From positions 77,438,001 through 77,502,000 of the forward strand of contig NC_043006.1 of NCBI RefSeq assembly GCF_006345805.1: a DNA stretch of 64,000 bases. The letters run 5' to 3'. Positions within the stretch are counted from its first letter, which is position 1; the number at the start of each line of letters is the position of its first letter. Made by a program: the position numbers and the translations under genes. The DNA comes from Octopus sinensis (taxonomy: Eukaryota). The notes beneath the pieces are model-generated. The model saw only the letters and a list, made by a program, of their open reading frames with translations, was not told the origin of the DNA and searched no databases. This document shows, piece after piece, positions 1-11,550 of this stretch.

Positions 1-601
1 CATTGGGTAAACTGGCAACATGATCATCCACAAATACAAATACACACACACACACACACATATATATACACACATATATATATATATAATTATATATATA
101 TATATATATATATATCAATATATATGTATATATCTTTATATATCCAAATATATATATATATATTATGTATATATGTTTATATATCCAAATATATATATAT
201 ATAATATAATATATATATATATATAATATATAAATATATGTATATATCTTTATATATCCAAATAGATATATATATATATATATATATAATATATCAAATA
301 AATAATTTATATATATATATGTACATATATGCATATAGTATATATCATACTTGACGGTTAACAAGGAGCAGACGTTCATTGCCACTAAAGAAAGTCTTTT
401 ACATTAAATGCCAGGGTTTATTTTACTGAGATGTGTAGTATACGGGCGGCCGACCAAACGGAATATACCTACTGCGCTCTTACACTGTCAATTGTAATCA
501 TATATATACAACTACAATCAACTATTTATCATTTATATACTACATATATATATATACTTACATACATCTTATATATATATATATAATATATATTATATAT
601 A

Positions 602-633
<32 letters not shown>

Positions 634-656
634 TATATTACGACATACATCTCTCG

Positions 657-713
<57 letters not shown>

Positions 714-1589
714 TTTTATGTAAGTATATATATACATATTATACCCAGATATATATATATATGTGTGTTGTGTGTGTGTGTGTGTGGACATGTGCAAGTA
801 TAATACTTCTCAACTGGTACTTAATTCGTCGCCTTGAAATGGCGACAAGCAACTTTTCATGCATAAAAACCTATATTATGAATATATATATATATATTAT
901 ATATATATATGCTATATGCTTCCGTACATTTCTGTCTGTATATCTCAGTAGTCTTTTAGTCTTTGTTTGCCTATCCATTATAAATCACTCTCTTTCATTA
1001 TCTCTCCTTATCGTAATATATATACACACACACACACATACATGCTACATATATATTTATATATCTATATAAATTTATATACATATATATAATATATACA
1101 TATATGCATACATAGATATATAATGCATTCATACATTTATGTATTTGTGTATGCATGTGTGTATTTGTTTACACAATATATCTCTTTATAATATCTATAA
1201 GTATATATAACAGAAAAATATACGTACTAGCAAATATATCTTATACAATTTTACCTATGTATATATAATATATATATATATATATATAAAGAGTTACGTA
1301 CAATTTAAAACAGAACAATTAATTATCATACTGCGTCTATTCAGATACATACAATAAATCAAATTCTTTGAATACTTTTGATACACATTACTTCAATGAA
1401 TGAGTAAAATGAAGAAAGAATACATTGGAGGATGCATTTCAAGACGATGAAATAAGTACCATAACACATGCACTTCATTCATATATATGCGTGTGAGTAT
1501 GGGCTTCGTGTGTGCGTTGATTTATATATATATTCATGTACATATTTTATGTATGTTTATATATACATACATGCATACACATATATGTG

Positions 1590-1621
<32 letters not shown>

Positions 1622-1663
1622 CAAACAGAAATTTATACATAGACACATACATGAACATGAATG

Positions 1664-1700
<37 letters not shown>

Positions 1701-1713
1701 TTGTATATATATA

Positions 1714-1747
<34 letters not shown>

Positions 1748-1790
1748 TACATATATACTGGCATATATATGTATGTATATGTGAATATAA
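1..1790. repeat. Compound (TA)n/(CA)n/(TG)n/(CT)n microsatellite-rich low-complexity region
   Basis: Long dinucleotide runs; the overlapping ORFs are only IY/HT/VC repeats. Confidence 0.95.
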
Positions 1791-2956
1791 TTAGTTTTCC
1801 ATAACGTGATGACAATGACCATTTGTTTTATCGATTCAGACTCTAGTATGTTGTCTTACAGAATGAAAAGAATTTACATGAATCTAATTACTGCTAATAA
1901 ACATTATTTAATACAATCTTTATTTTGTTTTACATGAAAAATTACAAAGAACTCGAAATGTGGATTCACGGGACAATTTTAAAGTAACCGATACTGGTAA
2001 ATTGTCTACATACGACGTGTTACTGAAATCAGGATCTAGTAACTGTTTGTTTACATTTGATTAAAGATAAACAAAAAATAATAATGATGTAAGAAATATT
2101 CTATGAGTTTGTTGTTGTTATTATTGTTATTGTTGTTATTATCAATTGTGTCAGTTTCCTGTTATTTCCAGATGTCCTGCAGCTTCAGAATTAACAATAC
2201 GAGATTGCGTAAGCTGCCGTATTCTTGTTACGGCCATTTCTGTATGAGTTTAGATCATTGAGTGATCATGTTTGCCTTTAAATTTTTTGGCTCGATAAAT
2301 AAATTATTCGGTATGTACTGTGGTCTAGGATACTCACTAACACTCTTACACAAATTTCAGTATTATACCTATGTTTGAACAGCTGTTATCAGCTTGATGA
2401 ATTGGCAATATCATTAGAGCATGGAATAAAGCGCTCTCCGTTCTTTTATCTGTCTTTCAGTTTTGATTCTCCTGTGACAATATATGTACTACTGGCCAAG
2501 TGTTTGTTCCGGTGAAACAGACTACTCACTAACTTCAGGATTACTGCTCCACTGTATAAATTTGAAGAGCATCTGGATTGTCTGTGCAGTGACCCTTATA
2601 CCCTGCCATATTATGCTATATAGTTCTTCGTTAGCTTTCACGTCCGCCATCCTCGATATCGCATTTCCTTTATTCATGGTTGAAAAAAAGAACTAAACCT
2701 GTGATGTTAAACATTATGAGAATAGTTCAAAAGCATTACCCATTATTTTATACAGTTACACTGTCATCAGCCTAACTGATACATCGATTATATAATATTT
2801 CATCCATTGATCTGTTTCACTTTAGTATACTCTATTGGCAGCATACTTCAAATTATGATCCATTCGCCATTTTCTGAAAATACTGCAGTGTACGCTTTTA
2901 TTGTCCTTATCTTTTAATACATAAGGTTAGCGTGGATCTCCTACTCTGTTATTCTA

Positions 2957-3200
2957 TTCTTTTATTCTATTAGTTGTTCCAATCATTTGACTGCAGCCTT
3001 GCTGAACACCGCCTTTATTAGAAATAATCGACCCTAGGACTTATTCTTTGTAAGCTTAGTAATTATTATATCCGTTGTTTGCCAAACCACTAGTTACGGA
3101 TACGTAAACACACCAACAGGAATTGTCAAACGATGGCGCGGTGGACAAAGACAGACACACAAAAACACACACTCACAAACACACACACACACACACACAC
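2957..3200 (-). mobile_element. SINE family A, 3' half (split copy)
   Basis: Reverse complement matches the 3' half of the full copy at 11148-11550 (catttgactgc..., gacttattctttgtaagc, gtaaacacacc). Confidence 0.85.
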
Positions 3201-3294
3201 ACATACACACACATAGATATACACATTTATAAATATATATATATTTATGCAGTTCTATATTTAAGCGATGAGGAATTATGTGCATTATTTACAC

Positions 3295-3530
3295 GGGCAT
3301 ATGGCGTAATGCTCAAGGGCTCGGGCTACTAACCCCAAGATTCCGAGTTCGATTCCAAGCAGCGACCTGAATAAAAATAATAATGATGATAATAATAATA
3401 ATAATAATATAATGATAATCTCGAAAATACCTTAGGAATGAGAATCCAGCTTCGAAATTTATCCAAAGCACCTGATGAAGGCTGGAGGGTATATCAACAA
3501 AGAAGATGAGGACAAATATCCGTCAAATAT
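3295..3530 (+). mobile_element. tRNA-headed SINE family C nested inside SINE A, with a partial hammerhead core in its tail
   Basis: A-box-like TGGCGTAATGCTCAAGG, B-box GAGTTCGATTCC, an (AAT)n linker, then a tail containing CCTGATGAAGGCTG; bounded by (TA)n. Confidence 0.7.
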
Positions 3531-3599
3531 ATATATACATATATATATATGTATATACATATATATATATATTTTTTTTTTATTTATGTATTTATTTAT

Positions 3600-3742
3600 A
3601 CGACGGGCTCCTTTCTGTTTCCTTGTACCAAATCCATTCACAAGGCTTTGGTCGGCACGAGACTATAGTAGAAGGCATTTACGCAGTGGGACTGAATCCG
3701 GAACCATGTGGTTGGGAAGCAAGCTCCTTACCGCACAGCCTT
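3600..3742 (-). mobile_element. SINE family A, 5' half (split copy)
   Basis: Reverse complement matches the head of 11148-11550 (cgacgggc...aaatcca..cacaaggctttggtcggc...gaaccatgtggttgg). Confidence 0.85.
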
Positions 3743-4114
3743 TATATAGTTTTATATATATGCTTGTTCTTGTTATAACTGGACTCATAAAATCAATGCT
3801 ACTCGCTCCTTTACTTTATAGCCGTGATATATTCTGCATTTAGCAATAAACTCAGTTATATGACCTGATCCTTCTTTATGTTTTTACTTGTTTCTTGAAC
3901 ACACACCTTCGATCATAATTTTAAAAACACTTTGTCAAACGATCTGGTGATATCCTAATGTATTCCATTTCTAAATGACTGATCACCGTATCTTAGTCTT
4001 TGGCTTACATATATTAGCCTTCTTAAAGAAAGGGAAAAAAATATGATGTTGATTCTCTTAGAAACTATTTGCCGTGTATTTGATTTATTCTCTATTATGT
4101 TTTGTCATCCTGCA

Positions 4115-4147
<33 letters not shown>

Positions 4148-4234
4148 TATTCGAGACAAAACCACTATTTTGCAAAACAAACAAGGAAAGACTTAATTAA
4201 TACATAAAATTTTAATAAATAGTCAAAAAAACCG

Positions 4235-4277
4235 CCACTACAATCGTTTCTTGTCTTGATCGACAATCTTCAGGTGG
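4235..4277 (-). ncRNA. Minimal type I hammerhead ribozyme (mirror copy)
   Basis: Exact reverse complement of 4350-4392. Confidence 0.8.
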
Positions 4278-4349
4278 ACTTCCAATAATTCAGTGTCAAA
4301 TTTGTTTTGACAACGTAATTTTCAAATTTGACACTGAATTATTGGAAGT

Positions 4350-4392
4350 CCACCTGAAGATTGTCGATCAAGACAAGAAACGATTGTAGTGG
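4350..4392 (+). ncRNA. Minimal type I hammerhead ribozyme
   Basis: CCAC-CTGAAGA-TTGTC(gatcaa)GACAA-GAAA-CGATTGTA-GTGG: 4 bp stem I, 5 bp stem II, near-palindromic stem III ACGATTGT, GUA cleavage triplet. Confidence 0.8.
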
Positions 4393-4574
4393 CGGTTTTT
4401 TTGACTATTTATTAAAATTTTATGTATTAATTAAGTCTTTCCTTGTTTGTTTTGCAAAATAGTGGTTTTGTCTCGAATATATTTTATAATATTTTACTAT
4501 AAAATCGATTTAATCCTAAATCTGATTTTTTCCCTGTAAATTGGATTTATTCCCTAATATTTATTATTATTATA

Positions 4575-4638
<64 letters not shown>

Positions 4639-4782
4639 TTGAAATGGAAAGATGAATTATCTTGTTACGGATTATTCAAAAGTTTAACCGATACCTGGGT
4701 AGCAAAAATCACAGCAGAAAAAACACGGTTGGAGATAAGACCATATGGTGTTGCAACCATATGTGCGGATAATTGAAGTTTA

Positions 4783-6000
4783 ATATAATTAGTGAATGGA
4801 AGAAATGGAGTTGAACGAAGATTGTACAGAATTCCTTTTATTACATTCTACACATGTTTCAAAGGCCACAATTTTCCAAATTCTGATTAAATATGGATAC
4901 CATATTGCAGTTTTCTCTTCAGGAAAAACCAGGAATTACGTTGTCAGAACAAAACAAAAGAGAGGCGCAGCAAAGCAATTCGAACGAGGACGCTCCTTAA
5001 GAGCCCATGGGTAAAATGTTTATCAATGTACGTTGAAATCGGGGGGTTGGTGGGGGCCGACAAAGGGTCCGTTGGAATAAATCCAGGTCAGGCCGCGGTC
5101 AAATCTAGTAGGTGAGGAATTAATGAGAACAAGGGGTGTGGAGATGTTCTGTGTGACCAAAACTAATGTTCTGAATATTTTAAGAATACAGGGTGTATTT
5201 TTTAGGGGCGAGACAATACCTACCTAAAAGCATGTATGTGTATACTAGTCTATGTGTGCGCCGCCGTATGTTGGCGAGGGGCGCTAGATAATGAGCACTG
5301 CTGAAAAAAGCCTGTCAGGCGGCTGAAATAATTCTGTGTTCGTGTGTCCGTCTGTGGCTTGCTTGTCTAAAATTATCATCGTCAAAGAAACAGGAGGGTA
5401 TATAATTCCAGCGTTTGCTTCTAAAAACCGACCAATCGCCTCAGGGGAGTAATTTCCCCTTGCAAGAGTTATTCAGAGATTTTTTTAAAAAGTTTTTTCC
5501 AAAAATTATTTCCAAAAATGATTTTCATATTAATAGGGTAACAAGGTGTTAATTGTCTTAGGTATCATTTATATGTAAGATAAGTATGACGCCGCCAATG
5601 GGGACATCGAAAAGCCGTCTGTAAAAGCCCGTTTACCAAACGGCCTCTGGCAAACAATATGTGGAAAAGCTCAAAGTTACAAAGATTAGACATCCTTCTG
5701 CCCCTATCAAACGGGAGGGCCACCGACAAAATCGACCATTCCAGCCTAAAAACTGAATTCGATAAACATTTTACCCATGGGCTCTTAAGGAGCGTCCGCG
5801 TTCGAATTGCTTTGCTGCGCCACTGTTTTGTTTTGTTCTGACACGTAATTCCTGGTTTTTCCTGAAGAGAAAGCTGCAATATGGTATCCATATTTAATCA
5901 GAATTTGGAAAATTGTGGCCTTTGAAACATGTGTAGAATGTAATAAAAGGAATTCTGTACAATCTTCGTTCAACTCCATTTCTTCCATTCACTAATTATA
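4783..6000 (-). mobile_element. 5'-truncated PLE: endonuclease C-terminus plus pLTR, with about 240 bp inverted ends
   Basis: 4783-5026 is the near-perfect reverse complement of 5759-6000. Minus-strand peptide LEWSILSVALPFDRGRRMSNLCNFELFHILF...LVN...RCPHWRRH (5565-5758) resembles the C-terminus of PLE GIY-YIG domains. The arms carry a CTGAAGA...GAAACATGTGTA HHR-like motif with a long stem II. Confidence 0.7.
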
Positions 6001-6013
6001 TATATATATATAT

Positions 6014-6314
6014 GGAGGCGCAATGGCCCAGTAGTTAGGGCAGCGGACTCACGGTTGTAGAATCGCGATTTCTAGCATCGGCCAAGACCGGGCTCTGTGA
6101 GTGTTTATTGAGCGAAAACACCTAAAGCTCCCCGAGTCTCCGGCAGGGAGTGGTGGCGATCCCTGCTGTACTCTTCCGCCACAACTTTTTTCCCACTCTT
6201 TTTTTCTGTTGGTCTCGCTTAGTCAGTGAGGTGGCGTCATTTGAAGTCTAAATCAATGGGAAGCGCATTGTGACCAGCAAAGTGTAGCAACATCTGATAG
6301 CCTGGTTGGTCACG

Positions 6315-6317
<3 letters not shown>
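6014..6317 (+). mobile_element. SINE family B (tRNA head + core), tail type 1
   Basis: GGAGGCGCAATGGCCCAGTAGTTAGGGCAGCGGACTC head and gtgtttattgagcgaaaacacctaaag core shared with 15857-16250 and 46682-47040. Confidence 0.85.
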
Positions 6318-6361
<44 letters not shown>

Positions 6362-6365
<4 letters not shown>

Positions 6366-6562
6366 GCGTGTGTATCGTTGGAGATTTTCTTTCTCCGTCT
6401 TCACTTCCTTGGACCTTTCCTTTTTCTATGTTTCTGACGAAGAACTCCGTTCGAAACGTTAAATTCCCCTTCTTTCTTTCCTTTCCTGGGCGTCGAATAA
6501 CACTATACTTGTTCCACGTCTTCGCGTTGTTGTGTTTTCTCTTTGTTCATGTTTGGATTAAC

Positions 6563-6565
<3 letters not shown>
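6362..6565 (+). mobile_element. PLE pLTR fragment (family P1) with minimal HHR at 6431-6463
   Basis: TTT-CTGACGA-A-GAAC(tcc)GTTC-GAAA-CGTT-AAA; homologous to 14795-15000 and 26890-27180. Confidence 0.75.
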
Positions 6566-6642
<77 letters not shown>

Positions 6643-7379
6643 TGTGTGTGTGTGTGTATGTGTTAAAATATCTTTCTCAAATCAGAAAACTTCCTTTGTT
6701 CACATTAAATCTAAAATTCATGTCCCTTTTTTCAGAAGGCATTAAAAACCGTGGGTATATTCCTCATTTTCTTATCAATTGCTAGTTGTTTCCTTAACTC
6801 TTTCTTGATTATATAACTGCTACTTACCACACAAAGAGATACGTGTGGATCCACATTATCTTAGCTCTTATCTATCCACTACTCTACCAAGTCTTTGAAA
6901 TTCACTCATAACTGTCTCTTTGTTATTTATCCTGTACTCTATTTAATTAATTCTTAAGTAATTCGAGCATGGTTCTCTAATAAATTCTTACCTTTGCTCC
7001 TTTATCTCCCAAGATATTTCCAGTGCTTAACTAATAATTTCGTCGTATTTCCATGATGCACATTAACCACTGTATATCACTTCATATATCAAAGTGAAAC
7101 TATATAGAGTTTGTAAATACTATTTTCCAATTAAGCATAAATATTTATATATATGTATGTATATATATACATATATATATATATATATACAGAGAAAGAG
7201 AGAGATGAGGAAACTGGGGGAGAGAGAAGAGAGAGAAGGGGAAGAAAGAGCCACATGTGCTTTCATATGTGTGTGTGTGTGTCATTATTTATGTGTGCTT
7301 ACGTTCATGTATGCGTTGTGTTTATGTAGAAAGATATACGTACACAGACTCCCATAAGCGTACGTGCATACGTATATGC

Positions 7380-7411
<32 letters not shown>

Positions 7412-7420
7412 TATATATAT

Positions 7421-7724
7421 GGAGGCGCAATGGCCCAGTAGTTAGGGCAGCGGACTCACGGTTGTAGAATCGCGATTTCTAGCATCGGCCAAGACCGGGC
7501 TCTGTGAGTGTTTATTGAGCGAAAACACCTAAAGCTCCCCGAGTCTCCGGCAGGGAGTGGTGGCGATCCCTGCTGTACTCTTCCGCCACAACTTTTTTCC
7601 CACTCTTTTTTTCTGTTGGTCTCGCTTAGTCAGTGAGGTGGCGTCATTTGAAGTCTAAATCAATGGGAAGCGCATTGTGACCAGCAAAGTGTAGCAACAT
7701 CTGATAGCCTGGTTGGTCACGGTG
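7421..7724 (+). mobile_element. SINE family B, tail type 1 (duplicated copy)
   Basis: Identical to 6014-6317. Confidence 0.85.
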
Positions 7725-7748
7725 ATATATATATATATATATATATAT

Positions 7749-7949
7749 GTCCGCGTGTGTATCGTTGGAGATTTTCTTTCTCCGTCTTCACTTCCTTGGA
7801 CCTTTCCTTTTTCTATGTTTCTGACGAAGAACTCCGTTCGAAACGTTAAATTCCCCTTCTTTCTTTCCTTTCCTGGGCGTCGAATAACACTATACTTGTT
7901 CCACGTCTTCGCGTTGTTGTGTTTTCTCTTTGTTCATGTTTGGATTAAC

Positions 7950-7952
<3 letters not shown>
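7749..7952 (+). mobile_element. PLE pLTR fragment (family P1), duplicated copy, HHR at 7818-7850
   Basis: Identical to 6362-6565. Confidence 0.75.
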
Positions 7953-8015
<63 letters not shown>

Positions 8016-8751
8016 TGTGTGTGTGTGTATGTGTTAAAATATCTTTCTCAAATCAGAAAACTTCCTTTGTTCACATTAAATCTAAAATTCATGTCCCTTT
8101 TTTCAGAAGGCATTAAAAACCGTGGGTATATTCCTCATTTTCTTATCAATTGCTAGTTGTTTCCTTAACTCTTTCTTGATTATATAACTGCTACTTACCA
8201 CACAAAGAGATACGTGTGGATCCACATTATCTTAGCTCTTATCTATCCACTACTCTACCAAGTCTTTGAAATTCACTCATAACTGTCTCTTTGTTATTTA
8301 TCCTGTACTCTATTTAATTAATTCTTAAGTAATTCGAGCATGGTTCTCTAATAAATTCTTACCTTTGCTCCTTTATCTCCCAAGATATTTCCAGTGCTTA
8401 ACTAATAATTTCGTCGTATTTCCATGATGCACATTAACCACTGTATATCACTTCATATATCAAAGTGAAACTATATAGAGTTTGTAAATACTATTTTCCA
8501 ATTAAGCATAAATATTTATATATATGTATGTATATATATACATATATATATATATATATACAGAGAAAGAGAGAGATGAGGAAACTGGGGGAGAGAGAAG
8601 AGAGAGAAGGGGAAGAAAGAGCCACATGTGCTTTCATATGTGTGTGTGTGTGTGTCATTATTTATGTGTGCTTACGTTCATGTATGCGTTGTGTTTATGT
8701 AGAAAGATATACGTACACAGACTCCCATAAGCGTACGTGCATACGTATATG

Positions 8752-8787
<36 letters not shown>

Positions 8788-11147
8788 GTACGTAGATACA
8801 TATATATGTACGTACATACATACATATGTATGTATAGAGTAGTTGCTCGTTGCTTGATATTTCTTTTATCTACATCTCGTCTGGTTTAGCATGCTGTTAA
8901 AAATATCAGTGCCAGACAGAAGTGGAATTAAAAAAACCTAGTCACCTTTGAACTTTCATATTCTGATAACGCTTTTTTTCAGTGTTCTCTGTGTCCCTCT
9001 TCCCTCTTCTTAGAGAATATACTTGCTTGGCAATACTTATAATAGTCCTTACATTTCCCTACTTCTTCACAGCTAAATTTTTAGTGTACTTTGAGAACTG
9101 ATCATATTTAGCATTTCCCAACATAGACTATTTTCTGTACAACGTCGTAGTTTCCTTATGTTATTAGGAGTATATCATTCCATGCCCAATGCTCCTAGAA
9201 TTAATCGATGCACAGATCCTTCTTCTCACCCCACCTGAGTATTGAACCATGGAACTGTTGATCATTAACTGTTAGGAAGTTTACTTATTTCATGTCAAGC
9301 TTTACATAAGTGTTTTTGCTCTTTTTGAAGTATTTTCTACATTAACTTCACTTGAAAGTGTATCGATATTGAATATGCGTATATTATAATCACTGAAGTT
9401 TCAAATTGTGGTATACTTTGTTTTTACACGCTACAGTCTTGAGAATTTAGCCTTTTCCCCTTCTTTTCAATGTGTCGATCAATATCTTTTCAGGTTCTTC
9501 ATTCTTACTGTTTGTTGAAAATATTTATCATGCTAGTTAAAATATCAGTGCAGAGATACAACACGAACTGAAAGAGAAGAATTGGAATGTTCATATTCTG
9601 ATAGCTATAAGTCTTGCTATTTCTCATTTCTGAATATTTTCCAGTTGGATTTGTCGTCTCTGTTATTTCTTTACTTTAATTATTTCCAATATTATTTTAT
9701 GTGTTGATTCCCATAATTTCTGCCTTCATAAGCTTCCCGTTGGTTATACTACTTCCTGAGAGTTCTAATTATCTATTGTTGCTGCTGCAACCGCATCAAA
9801 CTCATTTACATCATGTTATTGTTAACGTTATTTTGGAATGGAGGAGAACAGAATTCTATTCAAAAGCAAGCGTTGGCGGTTTGATAAACATGATTCAGTT
9901 TAGCATTTTTCGTAGGATTCCTTATCTTACATACGCTTTGATTTCTATTTATTCCTCTTTGTTATTTCAATTGCGATATCTATACGTTTTCATTTACACT
10001 CTATTCTAACACTCTTATGACAAATAACGTCTTTTCTTCCACTGCATGCTATTTTCTACCTTCTTTGTTGTGGCTTGGATGCTTCTGCACGAAAACAAAT
10101 CTCATACGCTTTTCACTTAGCTTTATAGGGACTGTATTTTTCTGACATGAATTCGTCGATTTACTTAAAATTCACAGCATTTATTCCCAAAAGTATACAT
10201 ATATGTCGTGATAAATTTGCTTTCGCGGTGACGCTGCTGAGAAATCTTCATGCAGTACGAAAATGTGCTTCCATCGGTGCATTTTTGTTTTATAAACTGA
10301 ACATCAAAAATATTTACCCACGTAATTTAGTCAACATCATTTTTCAGGATTCCGGTTTGCTTTACTGCAATAATTCAGTGTTTTGTAAAGTAAAATTTTG
10401 CACACCAAATTCATAATAGTTTTTGCCCATTTAACCAAGAAACTAATAATGATATTTTCGGCATTATTGTCCATTGAATTCAACTTTACACTTAATATAC
10501 AGTTGCACTGATATCGACTTTGAGTTTTAAAACAATGCACCAGGGTGGTTAGACTATGGAAAATATTAAGTGGAGAAAATTTGTAGTATTTGTTCTGGTT
10601 ATGTGTTCTGAGGTCAAATCACGTCTTAATTTCTTTGAGTGGTAACCTTCATCCATTTTCAGCTTAGTACCATCAGATGGGACTTGAAAGTTTTTATAGA
10701 GTCTACTCTGTTGCAATCATTCGTATCAGCTCAAAAATTTCAGAATACATTTCTTCCTTCCTCAGTCTCAGCGACATGATAAATAGTCATAGCACTAAAC
10801 TTTCCACTGCATTAAAAATTAGGAATTTTAGTTTTGGCTATCTCGCAAAGGATTTACATCGCTTCAACTTCATAATTATGATCCAGAGAAGTCATCATTA
10901 TGTGAAACTTCCAATTTTTGTTTAGAAGCTACGGGTATAGCGGTTCTACGTCGAATCTTTGATTTCATGGGTATTTTATTTCATCGACCCGGAAACGATA
11001 AAAGGCAATGCGGAGCATCATAAGATTTATACTCAGAAGCAAAAGAGTAACAAAATATATTTAGTTGGAGGTAATTGTCCAAAAGGCTAACAATTCTGTC
11101 AATCTACTATCCTTAGTGCTTATGTTAATAATAGATAATCTTTTTTT

Positions 11148-11550
11148 AAGCAAGGAGTGGCTGTGTGGTAAGTAGCTTGCTAACTAACCAGATGGTTCCG
11201 GGTTCAGTCCCACTGCGTGGCATCTTGGGCAAGTGTCTTCTGATATAGCCCCGGGCCGACCAATGCCTTGTGAGTGGATTTGGTAGACGGAAACTGAAAG
11301 AAGCCTGTCGTATATATATATATGTATGTGTGTGTATTTGTGTGTCTGTGTTTGTCCCCCTAGCATTGCTTGACAACCGATGATGGTGTGTTTACGTCCC
11401 CGTCACTTAGCGGTTCGGCAAAAGAGACCGATAGAATAAGTACTGAGCTTACAAAGAATAAGTCCCGGGGTCGATTTGGTCGACTAAAGGCGGTGCTCCA
11501 GCATGGCCGCAGTCAAATGACTGAAACAAATAAAAGAGTAAAGAGAGTAA
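11148..11550 (+). mobile_element. SINE family A, full-length
   Basis: tRNA-like head (GGCTGTGTGGTAAG A-box, GGGTTCAGTCCC B-box), internal (TA)/(TG) tract, tail ggcggtgctccagcatggccgcagtcaaatgactgaaac plus a short repeat; several homologues in the window. Confidence 0.92.

Larger units (their letters stand above)
4141..4565 (+). mobile_element. PLE pLTR fragment with an inverted copy at its 5' end (157 bp arms, 4148-4304 / 4323-4479)
   Basis: Arms are exact reverse complements by eye and each contains a hammerhead motif; flanked by (TA)n. Confidence 0.85.
6014..8780. repeat. Tandem duplication of an about 1.4 kb unit (6014-7420 and 7421-about 8780)
   Basis: Unique sequence of the two units looks identical; only microsatellite lengths differ; breakpoints lie in (TA)n. 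Confidence 0.92.

Noticed and set aside
20-1815. Many ORFs rich in IY, HT, VC or YLSI repeats (here and throughout the track)
   Set aside because: Translations of stop-free (TA)n, (CA)n, (TG)n and (GATA)n microsatellites; no coding signal.
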